DNA of 38,076 bases from a virus. Positions 8,490 through 15,961 of the stretch are shown one piece after another. How positions within the stretch are numbered: position 1 is the first letter of the stretch; each line of letters opens with the position of its first letter. Under the pieces are notes generated by a model. The model saw only the letters and a program-made list of their open reading frames with translations, did no database searches and had not been told where the DNA came from. The translations under genes and the position numbers were made by a program. The DNA lies in IMG/VR virus record IMGVR_UViG_3300022750_000008, positions 1 through 38,076 of that record; one strand, written 5' to 3'.

Positions 8490-9385
8490 TATAAACTTTC
8501 TTTTTTCTGGTTAAACAAATCCAAAAGTTCTGCTGGAACATCTTTTTCTAACTTAAGCAAATCTTCTTTAGTTGTAGCATCATTAATTAATACAGCAACT
8601 CTCTCGCTTTCGTTCTGTTCTTTTGTTTTTGGTTCAAATGTTTTGTTTTCTTTGAATGATTGCTCAACCGTTGTATCACCATCTTTGATAGCTTGACCTA
8701 TTCCAATAAGTACAACTAAATCATCAGCAGTTACATGGTCAACAGCCGCCTTACCTATTGCAGATAAAACTTCTTTTTCAGTTAATGTGTAAGTATTCAT
8801 TAAGCCGTCCATTACCTGCTTTCTTCTCTTAAGCAATTTTGTTGCATCAGAAATATCGCCCGTAATAGTTGCCTTAGCAGAATTGTAAACTTTATCCGTT
8901 ACTGCTTTAGGTATTACAGATAAAATTGCGTTACGTAAAGCTATTGAGTTTCCAGCGTTACCAGTAACAACAATCATATCATCATTCATTCTACCTGTTC
9001 TAGTCATAATAGAGCGCTTAACCTCAACCTTGATAGCTACGTTGTTTTCTAAATCGAATGCAACGGCTTGACTTGTTACGTGTTTTTCGCCAACCTCAAT
9101 AACCTTAGCTTCAATTCTCATATTACCCCAGCATTGAGCTAGTATCTTAGCAAGATGAACACTAGGGCCAGTAATAGCCTTACCTCCTCTTGGTACTGAA
9201 TAAGTACAAGTTGCAGCAGTTTCTTTGTCGATTGTTGCGGTAAAAATTGCATTCTCTAAAGATCGCTTGTTGTTTCTTGGAAAGGCTTTAGCTGTTGAAA
9301 TCTGAACATCTACTTGAGCTTTCTCTTGTAAAAATGTAATATCGTTGCCCGATATTTGCATTACTTCCATTTGGTTTTCTTCCAT
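8489..9385 (-). CDS. Putative single-strand annealing recombinase (family not resolved)
   Basis: 298 aa with a 1-nt overlap to the exonuclease gene, which is the classic SSAP-exonuclease pair position. No RecT, Redbeta or ERF signature recognised by eye. Confidence 0.4.
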   Translation of the reverse strand: MEENQMEVMQISGNDITFLQEKAQVDVQISTAKAFPRNNKRSLENAIFTATIDKETAATCTYSVPRGGKAITGPSVHLAKILAQCWGNMRIEAKVIEVGEKHVTSQAVAFDLENNVAIKVEVKRSIMTRTGRMNDDMIVVTGNAGNSIALRNAILSVIPKAVTDKVYNSAKATITGDISDATKLLKRRKQVMDGLMNTYTLTEKEVLSAIGKAAVDHVTADDLVVLIGIGQAIKDGDTTVEQSFKENKTFEPKTKEQNESERVAVLINDATTKEDLLKLEKDVPAELLDLFNQKKESL

Positions 9386-9396
9386 TTTATTGATTT

Positions 9397-9579
9397 TTAT
9401 TTATTTAACTTTTTATAGCAATCTCTTGCCGTTGGTTTAATTATTTCGTTTAACGCCTGTTTCATTGTATTATGAAACTCCTTACCTATTTCAGTTTGAA
9501 ACTCCATCCTGTCTATAACTTCTAAAAGTTCAATTATTCGCTTTAGTCTGGTTTGGTCGTTTTGGTTTTCGAGTTGCAT
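9397..9579 (-). CDS. Hypothetical protein
   Basis: 60-aa ORF with ATG start. Confidence 0.55.
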   Translation of the reverse strand: MQLENQNDQTRLKRIIELLEVIDRMEFQTEIGKEFHNTMKQALNEIIKPTARDCYKKLNK

Positions 9580-9581
9580 AA

Positions 9582-9803
9582 CTAAGTTAATCTTGACGCA
9601 AGAAAGTCTTTAAAACATATCTTGCAAAATTTAGTAATAATATGATGGTCTTTCACTAATTCATCAACCATCATATTACAAATGGTTAAACCATCGCCTT
9701 TTACCAAGTGTTTTGCTCTACCTCTTGAGTGTCCTGAGCGATTAGGCATTTTTGGATGTGTAGCCATACATACTATTTTACCATCTATTATTTTGTTAGC
9801 CAT
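9582..9803 (-). CDS. Hypothetical Cys/His-rich protein
   Basis: The tracked ORF starts at a TTG at 9812; the first ATG (MANKIIDGK...) is at 9803. Contains C..H..C and CKIC. Confidence 0.55.
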   Translation of the reverse strand: MANKIIDGKIVCMATHPKMPNRSGHSRGRAKHLVKGDGLTICNMMVDELVKDHHIITKFCKICFKDFLASRLT

Positions 9804-9929
9804 ATTAAACAATAAAGGCTATATCCACTTGACCGATCTGCAACGTTCGACAAGCTTCAATAGCCAATTTTAATTTTATCTTGGGAGTTGCAGTTCCCGA
9901 TTTACTCGTGCAATTTACGGTTTACTTTA

Positions 9930-10046
9930 CTAACCTGTTAGCAACAATGTCGTTACAATTGCAATAACCGTTACGCATAACATTAGCGTTGTTCCAAGTT
10001 CGTTAACCAGTTCGGTTGTGGCTTTTTTGAAGGCGGTTAGGTGCAT
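9930..10046 (-). CDS. Possible 38-aa single-pass membrane micro-protein
   Basis: ATG ORF MHLTAFKKATTELVNELGTTLMLCVTVIAIVTTLLLTG, below the ORF-track cutoff. Fills most of an otherwise empty 235-bp gap. Confidence 0.35.
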   Translation of the reverse strand: MHLTAFKKATTELVNELGTTLMLCVTVIAIVTTLLLTG

Positions 10047-10047
10047 G

Positions 10048-10701
10048 TTAGAATAATGATGATTGGTTAACGTTATTTGAATTAATTACGCCAAGAGCAG
10101 TATCTAAAATTGTTTTGCCGGCTTCGTAGTCAACCAGGTTTCGAGCAATTTTTAACATTGGTTGTTTACCTTTATATTTTGAAAAGTCATAATCATGAAT
10201 ATCTGATAATAATTTCAATTCATTTTTTGCAGAAGAAACAACTCCGCTAATATCTCTGTTGCTTAAAATTGATGGCAATTTAAAATTAGTCCAATATAAA
10301 TGCCTATCTCTTTTTATTGCTGGAATTAATGGCTCGTAATATGGTATAACGTTTTCAACTACATATTTACCAGTTCTATAATAATGCTGCAAGAAAAGTA
10401 TTTCCTCATATAATTTCATGTCTGGATAAATAGCTTCCGTTGTGGTGTCATAATTAGAGCTATTCCAATACCTTGCTCGGCTATGACTTGGGCAAGGCGG
10501 AGAACTCCATATAAAATCAAACTCTTTATAATGGTCTAATAAATATTGGTGAGCATCGGCAACTATAACCGTATCATTAGGAAATCTTTCCTGGTACATT
10601 CTTGCTAATTCTGGATCTAATTCAACAGCCGTAATATCATGTTCATCACCCCACTTATATCTATTGCCGCCTAAACAGGCATATAAGTTTAATATCTTCA
10701 T
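10048..10701 (-). CDS. Short C5-cytosine DNA methyltransferase-like protein
   Basis: 217 aa from ATG 10701. Motif I LYACLGG, motif IV SSPPCPSHS, motif VI VVENV, then RHLYWTNF. The tracked 240-aa version has a spurious N-terminal extension. Confidence 0.7.
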   Translation of the reverse strand: MKILNLYACLGGNRYKWGDEHDITAVELDPELARMYQERFPNDTVIVADAHQYLLDHYKEFDFIWSSPPCPSHSRARYWNSSNYDTTTEAIYPDMKLYEEILFLQHYYRTGKYVVENVIPYYEPLIPAIKRDRHLYWTNFKLPSILSNRDISGVVSSAKNELKLLSDIHDYDFSKYKGKQPMLKIARNLVDYEAGKTILDTALGVINSNNVNQSSLF

Positions 10702-10832
10702 ATCCACCCCATATAAGTACAAAATCCTGTTATAAGTCCAATCGAAATAAAGCATCCGATTGTAAACCATTTGTTGATGCGTTCAGGTGACCAAATCGCA
10801 GTCTGATCGTTGTCGTTTAGTTCTTGGTTCAT
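10698..10832 (-). CDS. 44-aa membrane micro-protein nested between the two methyltransferase genes
   Basis: MNQELNDNDQTAIWSPERINKWFTIGCFISIGLITGFCTYMGWI. ATGA start/stop overlaps at both ends (10829-10832 and 10698-10701). Confidence 0.5.
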   Translation of the reverse strand: MNQELNDNDQTAIWSPERINKWFTIGCFISIGLITGFCTYMGWI

Positions 10833-11500
10833 GTTGTAAAATTATTATCTTTAATTGAACTTATTATTTCAAGACAAAGTTCATGCGGCATAAGGCTTCT
10901 AAGATGAGAATTTTTCCTTCCTTGAGTGCCTGTTTTTGCACCACGCCTTGCTGATTGATGATGGCAATGCTTATTAATTACATTTCCATCTTTATCGTAT
11001 TTATAATTGTGGCATTCTGCTTTTGGTTTCCAATTCTCAATATTAGTCCATATATCTGTCGGCTTTGCTCTATCATCACCGTATTGGCAATACCAAACCG
11101 TATGTCTTTTAAATTCCTTCATGAAAGGCATATGCCTTAACATACCTCTTGGATTTTCGAAAGTAAAAGTAAGATTTGGGTTGATAGACTTCCAATGTTT
11201 TATAAGTCTGATAACATGCTGATTGACTTGGTCACATTTTTTGGCGTAGTCACTTTTAGGTTCTGTTCCATTTCTATGATGGCTAATTGCCGCTATGGTG
11301 TATGTTGTACAATCAAACGAAGCATGTACGTGGTCTGGAGTGAAAGTTAATGTTCTATCCGTTAAATTATTAATATCCATAACCAAATCTATCCCTTCGT
11401 AAGCAGTCCAATCTACAGAGGTAACATTCCATCCTAATTGCTCAGCCGCTTTACCAATACATCTAGCACCAGCAAATAACTCTAATAATTTTTTTCTCAT
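10829..11500 (-). CDS. Short C5-cytosine methyltransferase-like protein with a variant catalytic motif (SFDC instead of PPC)
   Basis: 223 aa. Motif I ELFAGARCIG, motif IV position ASFDCTTYT, motif VI TFENPRG, then YCQYGDDRAKPTDIWTN and a Cys/His-rich tail. Confidence 0.6.
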   Translation of the reverse strand: MRKKLLELFAGARCIGKAAEQLGWNVTSVDWTAYEGIDLVMDINNLTDRTLTFTPDHVHASFDCTTYTIAAISHHRNGTEPKSDYAKKCDQVNQHVIRLIKHWKSINPNLTFTFENPRGMLRHMPFMKEFKRHTVWYCQYGDDRAKPTDIWTNIENWKPKAECHNYKYDKDGNVINKHCHHQSARRGAKTGTQGRKNSHLRSLMPHELCLEIISSIKDNNFTT

Positions 11501-11507
11501 AATTTAA

Positions 11508-11990
11508 CTAACTAAATTGGTGGATATTTCCAATGATTTCCATCTCAGACAGGTAAGACATTTCGATGCAATTTTCATCACATAAAGAAATATCACTATC
11601 AATAACCTCTTGACCTCCTTCTCCTGTATGTTCATGATATCCATATAAATCTAATTGAAATCTAGCCTCTTTTTCATTCCATTCAACAAGATAATATTCT
11701 GAACATACATCGCTTGCACTAAACTTATCCCCCTCATAAATCTCTTTGCCGTTCTTATCGGTTAAGCCTGTGAATTGACCAACTGTTTCTTTAACTACAG
11801 GAATAAAACCACCAATAGCTAATTCATTTTGAATAATTGGGTTACCTATTTCATCCTCTTCGCCAAAATCTCTAGTAGCGAAAAATGAAACAGGCATAAT
11901 ACATAAATTATCTTCATGCATCATTTTAGCTAAATCACCAATAATCCATTCTCCTTTTTGGGTTAGACCCCTAAACTTTATATCTCTCAT
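11508..11990 (-). CDS. YopX family protein
   Basis: IKFRGL... GQFTGLTDKNGKEIYEGDKF ... EIIGNIH is the YopX signature. ATG at 11990 forms an ATGA overlap with the upstream stop; the tracked start at 12002 is a TTG. Confidence 0.8.
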   Translation of the reverse strand: MRDIKFRGLTQKGEWIIGDLAKMMHEDNLCIMPVSFFATRDFGEEDEIGNPIIQNELAIGGFIPVVKETVGQFTGLTDKNGKEIYEGDKFSASDVCSEYYLVEWNEKEARFQLDLYGYHEHTGEGGQEVIDSDISLCDENCIEMSYLSEMEIIGNIHQFS

Positions 11991-12178
11991 CTCAACACCC
12001 AATTAATAACAAACACTCCAAAAGCAACTATCAAAAGCCACTTGGTCCAATTAATACTGTTATCGGTTTTAGGTTCGCAATCAGTACGTAATTTGTTCTC
12101 CTGCAATTGCACCCATTTAAGTTTTGCTTTGTCGGCTTCTGTGAAGTCTTGCAAAGCGTTGTAAGGTTTATTTTTCAT
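11987..12178 (-). CDS. Small C-terminally anchored membrane protein
   Basis: 63 aa with a C-terminal hydrophobic helix WLLIVAFGVFVINWV. Confidence 0.6.
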   Translation of the reverse strand: MKNKPYNALQDFTEADKAKLKWVQLQENKLRTDCEPKTDNSINWTKWLLIVAFGVFVINWVLR

Positions 12179-12380
12179 TGTTAAGTTGTTTAATTAGTTC
12201 GTCTGCCTGATTTAATGCTGTTTCAGCAATATCTAAAACACCACCTTCATTTAATTCTTTTCTGGTATATATATTACGGCTTAATAAAGCCTTTGTAAAC
12301 TCAATAGACATGTGTTCACGTTTCGTTAAGCCTTTTGAATTCCCATTTTGAATAAAGGCGTATTCGTTTGGGTTAGTCAT
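12168..12380 (-). CDS. Hypothetical protein
   Basis: 70-aa ORF with ATG start, overlapping its neighbours. Confidence 0.6.
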   Translation of the reverse strand: MTNPNEYAFIQNGNSKGLTKREHMSIEFTKALLSRNIYTRKELNEGGVLDIAETALNQADELIKQLNNEK

Positions 12381-12625
12381 GTTGTTGCTTTTTTGATTAG
12401 TTGATTAATTTCCTCAGACCATGCTAAGGCTATTTCTTTTGTTGGAGGGCTAAACATTTCTAATGAAAGGGATATTTTAGTTAACATTTCTGTTAATTCC
12501 TTAACATTTCTATCGCTAAAATCCTGCATTAAGTCAATTAATGATGCATTATCATTAACGTCTACTGCTCTAGCAAATGTTCTAGTTCCGTAAACTGTTT
12601 TAATATATTCTGCTGCTGTTTTCAT
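12377..12625 (-). CDS. Hypothetical protein
   Basis: 82-aa ORF with ATG start. Confidence 0.6.
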   Translation of the reverse strand: MKTAAEYIKTVYGTRTFARAVDVNDNASLIDLMQDFSDRNVKELTEMLTKISLSLEMFSPPTKEIALAWSEEINQLIKKATT

Positions 12626-12631
12626 ATTTAT

Positions 12632-12853
12632 TTAATCGTTAATTACCCATTTTCCAATAACTTCTATTTCTTTATACATTACGCTCATGTAACGGTAAAC
12701 ACCATCTTCGCAAAGAACATCATATCCTAATCCGTTTACTAATGCAGGGCGTTTAGATCCTATAATATTAATAGTTATGTTAGATGGGTTGTTGTTGTAG
12801 TCGCTTTGCAATACCTTGACTGCGTGCGTTGGTATTTTTTGGAATTGTGACAT
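12632..12853 (-). CDS. Hypothetical protein
   Basis: 73-aa ORF with ATG start. Confidence 0.6.
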   Translation of the reverse strand: MSQFQKIPTHAVKVLQSDYNNNPSNITINIIGSKRPALVNGLGYDVLCEDGVYRYMSVMYKEIEVIGKWVIND

Positions 12854-13125
12854 TATGATAATTGTTTAAGTGTCTTTTGTGGTGTTCCGTTTGCTTGGTA
12901 TTCCGATGGGTTAAGAGAATTGTAGAACTTTTCACATACCTCGAACCATTCTCTATCAATAAAAGTTGTTACAGGCTCAAAAAAGCCTAAAATATCTTTA
13001 TTAAGTTCGTTAAATTCAACGTAATATTTTAACTCTGTCATTTGGTAAGTTTTAACTGGTTCATTGTAAGAGTTACAAAAATGCACCAAACCGTCCTTGT
13101 CATAAGTTGCTTTAAAATCAATCAT
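12853..13125 (-). CDS. Hypothetical protein
   Basis: 90-aa ORF with ATG start and a 1-nt overlap with the downstream gene. Confidence 0.6.
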   Translation of the reverse strand: MIDFKATYDKDGLVHFCNSYNEPVKTYQMTELKYYVEFNELNKDILGFFEPVTTFIDREWFEVCEKFYNSLNPSEYQANGTPQKTLKQLS

Positions 13126-13127
13126 AA

Positions 13128-13241
13128 TTAAATAAGTTTAAACATTGCAGCTATTTGAAAAGCTATAAATAATGTGAATAATATGGCAGCTATTATTGGA
13201 AGTACCGTTCTGTTTGCCTTGTTTGAAATTTCTGTTGTCAT
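13128..13241 (-). CDS. Possible 37-aa membrane micro-protein
   Basis: ATG ORF MTTEISNKANRTVLPIIAAILFTLFIAFQIAAMFKLI ends 2 nt before the next gene. It competes with an overlapping lipoprotein-like frame. Confidence 0.35.
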   Translation of the reverse strand: MTTEISNKANRTVLPIIAAILFTLFIAFQIAAMFKLI

Positions 13242-13322
13242 GATTTTGATTGTTTATACCTGGTAAAGCGCAAGCCCCTAAGAACGTTGCGCTAAGCATT
13301 ACCGCAATTGCAGTAACGGTAA

Positions 13323-13460
13323 TTAGTTTAATAAAGCTCTAATTCTTTTACATTCAGATTTATAAAATTTAGTTAATATTTTATATTCAATTGTTTTTCT
13401 TTTAGGAGCTAAAGAGTATTCTAAAGCCATATCTATGCAGTGATTTAAGTACCAATTCAT
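13323..13460 (-). CDS. Possible 45-aa protein
   Basis: ATG ORF MNWYLNHCIDMALEYSLAPKRKTIEYKILTKFYKSECKRIRALLN starts 5 nt after the upstream stop. Confidence 0.35.
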   Translation of the reverse strand: MNWYLNHCIDMALEYSLAPKRKTIEYKILTKFYKSECKRIRALLN

Positions 13461-13465
13461 TTTTA

Positions 13466-13651
13466 TTAGGATATATATTTTTTTAAAATCGAAATACTAC
13501 CATAAACGCGACTATCTAATATGTTAGAGTTGCCATCATATTTTATTTTTTCGTTAGTTGACTTAACGCTTTCAATTAATAATTCAGCTTTTTTTATCAT
13601 TTCTAATGCTTTTGTTAGTTTGTTGATTTCTGATTTAGTTAAATTTTTCAT
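13466..13651 (-). CDS. Hypothetical protein; first gene of the minus-strand early series
   Basis: 61-aa ORF with ATG start, facing the divergent control region. Confidence 0.6.
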   Translation of the reverse strand: MKNLTKSEINKLTKALEMIKKAELLIESVKSTNEKIKYDGNSNILDSRVYGSISILKKYIS

Positions 13652-13718
13652 CTTGTTTCTGCAATTTATCTAAGCTTCATTGCTTTCGATATTCAAAGGT
13701 GCTAAATGTCTATAATAT

Positions 13719-13739
13719 ATTTGTCATGCATTTGTCACG
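13719..13739 (+). promoter_or_regulatory. Tandem direct repeat ATTTGTCA(T/C)G x2 with 11-bp period; candidate operator, overlapping a TATATTTG -7 box (13716-13723)
   Basis: atttgtcatg c atttgtcacg, read in the 143-bp divergent intergenic region. Confidence 0.35.
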
Positions 13740-13782
13740 AAATAAAATAAAAATAAATTAGTGTTTTTTGAATATTTAATTA

Positions 13783-13790
13783 TACCTTTG
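13783..13790 (+). promoter_or_regulatory. -7-type box TACCTTTG, 4 nt upstream of ATG 13795
   Basis: taTACCTTTGaattATG. Confidence 0.4.
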
Positions 13791-13794
13791 AATT

Positions 13795-14007
13795 ATGGAT
13801 AGAAAACCAACATTAACTACTACGGCTAAAATCAGGGAGTTGAGAAACTTAGCCATTTTAAACGCTTTTAAAGATAGGTATATTAAAGGCGGTCAAATCA
13901 CACCTTTAATAGAAGATATTGCAAATGAGCAAGGCGTTAAGTATTCTACCGCCTATAAAGTCATTAAAGAGTATAGAGATCAATTAGCGTTGTCTATATT
14001 AGTATAA
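13795..14007 (+). CDS. Small HTH-like regulator candidate; first plus-strand gene
   Basis: 70 aa. The segment EDIANEQGVKYSTAYKVIKEY looks like a helix-turn-helix. Position is next to the divergent control region. Confidence 0.45.
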   Translation: MDRKPTLTTTAKIRELRNLAILNAFKDRYIKGGQITPLIEDIANEQGVKYSTAYKVIKEYRDQLALSILV

Positions 14008-14014
14008 CTAACCC

Positions 14015-14037
14015 ATCCCCCTTTAGTTATGGGGGAT
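14015..14037 (+). terminator. Stem-loop ATCCCCC-N9-GGGGGAT directly after the stop codon
   Basis: Inverted repeat read directly; no T-run follows. Confidence 0.35.
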
Positions 14038-14052
14038 AAATAAGATAGAAAG

Positions 14053-14265
14053 ATGGAACAATACAGCGTAACTTTTGGCTACAAAGCCGTATTATCTGTT
14101 AATGTAAGAGCAGATAATGAAAAAGAGGCAATTGAAAAAGCTAACAAAGAAATTGAAAAAATGAGAGGCAGGATTGCATCTAGTAAATTATCTCTTGAAG
14201 ATGACTGCTATAGAGCCGAAGCTGATGGCGTTTTAAACTTGGATAAAACATGGAACCAATTATAA
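14053..14265 (+). CDS. Hypothetical protein
   Basis: 70-aa ORF with ATG start. Confidence 0.6.
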   Translation: MEQYSVTFGYKAVLSVNVRADNEKEAIEKANKEIEKMRGRIASSKLSLEDDCYRAEADGVLNLDKTWNQL

Positions 14266-14729
14266 TCCATAAACTACCAACAGGAACTTTGATGTTCTTG
14301 GAAGTACCGAAAGATGCTTATGGTGTGCTAATTAGACAAAACTCTGAGCAATCTGATTTATGGTACAAACTAGACATTCCAGAGGAAAATTCATCTTATT
14401 GTATAGAGATACCTCATGGCAATTGGCAATTACTAGGCTCATCCCCAGGTTTAACAGAAGAACAGTTGAAGGAGATTATGCCTAGTTATTATGGCGGCAC
14501 TAAATTTCATAATTACAATGGTAATATGATGCTTGACACAGCCGTCGAAGCATACACCTCATTAAAAATAAGTAAAGGTGTTGTTGATGTGAACCCGTTG
14601 GGAGAAAAGTTTATACCTGTTGGTTCAGATAGCGTAGGTGATTATCATTATCAAAAAAGACTTTACCAACAATGGCACGAAGCAAAACAACAAGTTAAAT
14701 CATTTCAGGTATTATTTAAAAAGGATTAG
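14250..14729 (+). CDS. Hypothetical protein
   Basis: 159-aa ORF with ATG start and a 16-nt overlap with the upstream gene. Confidence 0.6.
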   Translation: MEPIIIHKLPTGTLMFLEVPKDAYGVLIRQNSEQSDLWYKLDIPEENSSYCIEIPHGNWQLLGSSPGLTEEQLKEIMPSYYGGTKFHNYNGNMMLDTAVEAYTSLKISKGVVDVNPLGEKFIPVGSDSVGDYHYQKRLYQQWHEAKQQVKSFQVLFKKD

Positions 14730-14775
14730 AAAGATGGGAATAACGCAAATTACAAAATTAAAAATATTATAAATT

Positions 14776-15036
14776 ATGGAAAACCAAACTTACAAAACAA
14801 CAGATAATACAGGATTAGAAATTGAGTTTTACTGTTGCCAAACAAATGATGTTGAGCCCTATAAAGAAACTAGAGAATTATGTATCGTAGTTTTTGACGG
14901 TGATAAAGTACAGATAGATTTTGACTTTGATGAAAAAAGTTTTGATAGTTTAATTGACTATTTAACAAGGCTTCAAAAGTACTGCAAGGAATTTAATAAA
15001 AACAGTATACCAGCCCCAACAACCAATGAAAGATAA
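14776..15036 (+). CDS. Hypothetical acidic protein
   Basis: 86-aa ORF with ATG start. Confidence 0.6.
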   Translation: MENQTYKTTDNTGLEIEFYCCQTNDVEPYKETRELCIVVFDGDKVQIDFDFDEKSFDSLIDYLTRLQKYCKEFNKNSIPAPTTNER

Positions 15037-15496
15037 AAAAGATATAGAGCAATTGGCTCGGGAGTATGCCATCAGTCGTGGTGCTAATAGGGATAAATAT
15101 GCATTTAGGACAATTACAAATCGTGACCTATACGACCACACAACGGAATGCTTTGAAGCTGGCTACGAACTAGCCCAACAATCACAATCTGCATATATAC
15201 AACAGGCGCTAATTGCGTACCAAAAATTATTACTAAAAAGCCAACTGAATAATGATTTCGATGTGCTTGCTGCTTACGACAAAGTTTTAGAGCAACTGAA
15301 TGTTAGTGATGGATGGGTTGAGATAACAAGTGCAAATGAATTGATTAAAGAAAATGCTCTTGGGTATATAGTTATTGATACAAGTAATTTTATTCAGTTT
15401 ACAAACTTAAGACATTTAGAAAACAGGCTTCTAGAGGGTCATCCTTTCACTCATTACCAACCAATTGTAAAACCAAACCCACCACAACTTAAATAA
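15026..15496 (+). CDS. DUF551-like domain protein
   Basis: The C-terminus GWVEITSANEL...FTHYQPIVKPNPP matches the DUF551 pattern (W.s..d.LP ... THW.PlPePP). Confidence 0.6.
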   Translation: MKDKKDIEQLAREYAISRGANRDKYAFRTITNRDLYDHTTECFEAGYELAQQSQSAYIQQALIAYQKLLLKSQLNNDFDVLAAYDKVLEQLNVSDGWVEITSANELIKENALGYIVIDTSNFIQFTNLRHLENRLLEGHPFTHYQPIVKPNPPQLK

Positions 15497-15594
15497 TTAT
15501 GGAGAAGTAAGCAAAACAAATAGCAATTGAAAAGGCATGGATTGACACAGGTCATTATGAAGGTTTTATAAATGATATTGACCAAGATGGATAT

Positions 15595-15939
15595 GTGCCT
15601 AACAAAAAACATTCTTTTCTAGGATGGGAGGATAGGTTCGATTTAGATTTAGAGCCTGAAATTGGATATAATGGTGAGAGCATTGGTATAGAAAGATGGC
15701 GTCCAAAATCACTGCAAAACTTAGAAACCAATAATGGTTGGGTTAGGATTGAAAGTGAAGAAGATTTGCCAAAGGCAGGCAATGAATTATATGACGTTAT
15801 TGTGGATGGTAAAAAATTTAGAAAACCATGTTTTTTTGACGAAGGTGAATTCGTTTATCATTCAAATAAAAATATTTGGAAGTGCCAAAACATCACCCAC
15901 TACAAACCAATCGAACCCGAACTATTACCCATTTACTAA
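15595..15939 (+). CDS. DUF551-like domain protein (paralogue of 15026..15496); 5' end unresolved
   Basis: GWVRIESEEDLPKAG...ITHYKPIEPELLP. The tracked start is a GTG. The frame is open back to 15511, and an in-frame ATG at 15499 is followed by TAA at 15508. Confidence 0.55.
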   Translation: MPNKKHSFLGWEDRFDLDLEPEIGYNGESIGIERWRPKSLQNLETNNGWVRIESEEDLPKAGNELYDVIVDGKKFRKPCFFDEGEFVYHSNKNIWKCQNITHYKPIEPELLPIY

Positions 15940-15943
15940 CCCA

Positions 15944-15961
15944 CCTATCCATTGCGATAGG
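15944..15961 (+). terminator. Small stem-loop CCTATC-cattgc-GATAGG after the stop codon
   Basis: Inverted repeat read directly. Confidence 0.3.

Noticed and set aside
10702-10770. N-terminal extension (MVYNRMLYFDWTYNRILYLYGVD) of tracked ORF 10048..10770
   Set aside because: Methyltransferase motif I begins right after the internal ATG at 10701. The extension is better explained as the 3' part of the 44-aa micro-ORF in another frame.
15555-15782. Minus-strand 75-aa ORF; also plus-strand 15734..15973, 15876..15980 and minus-strand 16218..16406
   Set aside because: They overlap the plus-strand DUF551-like and zinc-ribbon genes, which have recognisable motifs. None has a motif or coupling of its own.
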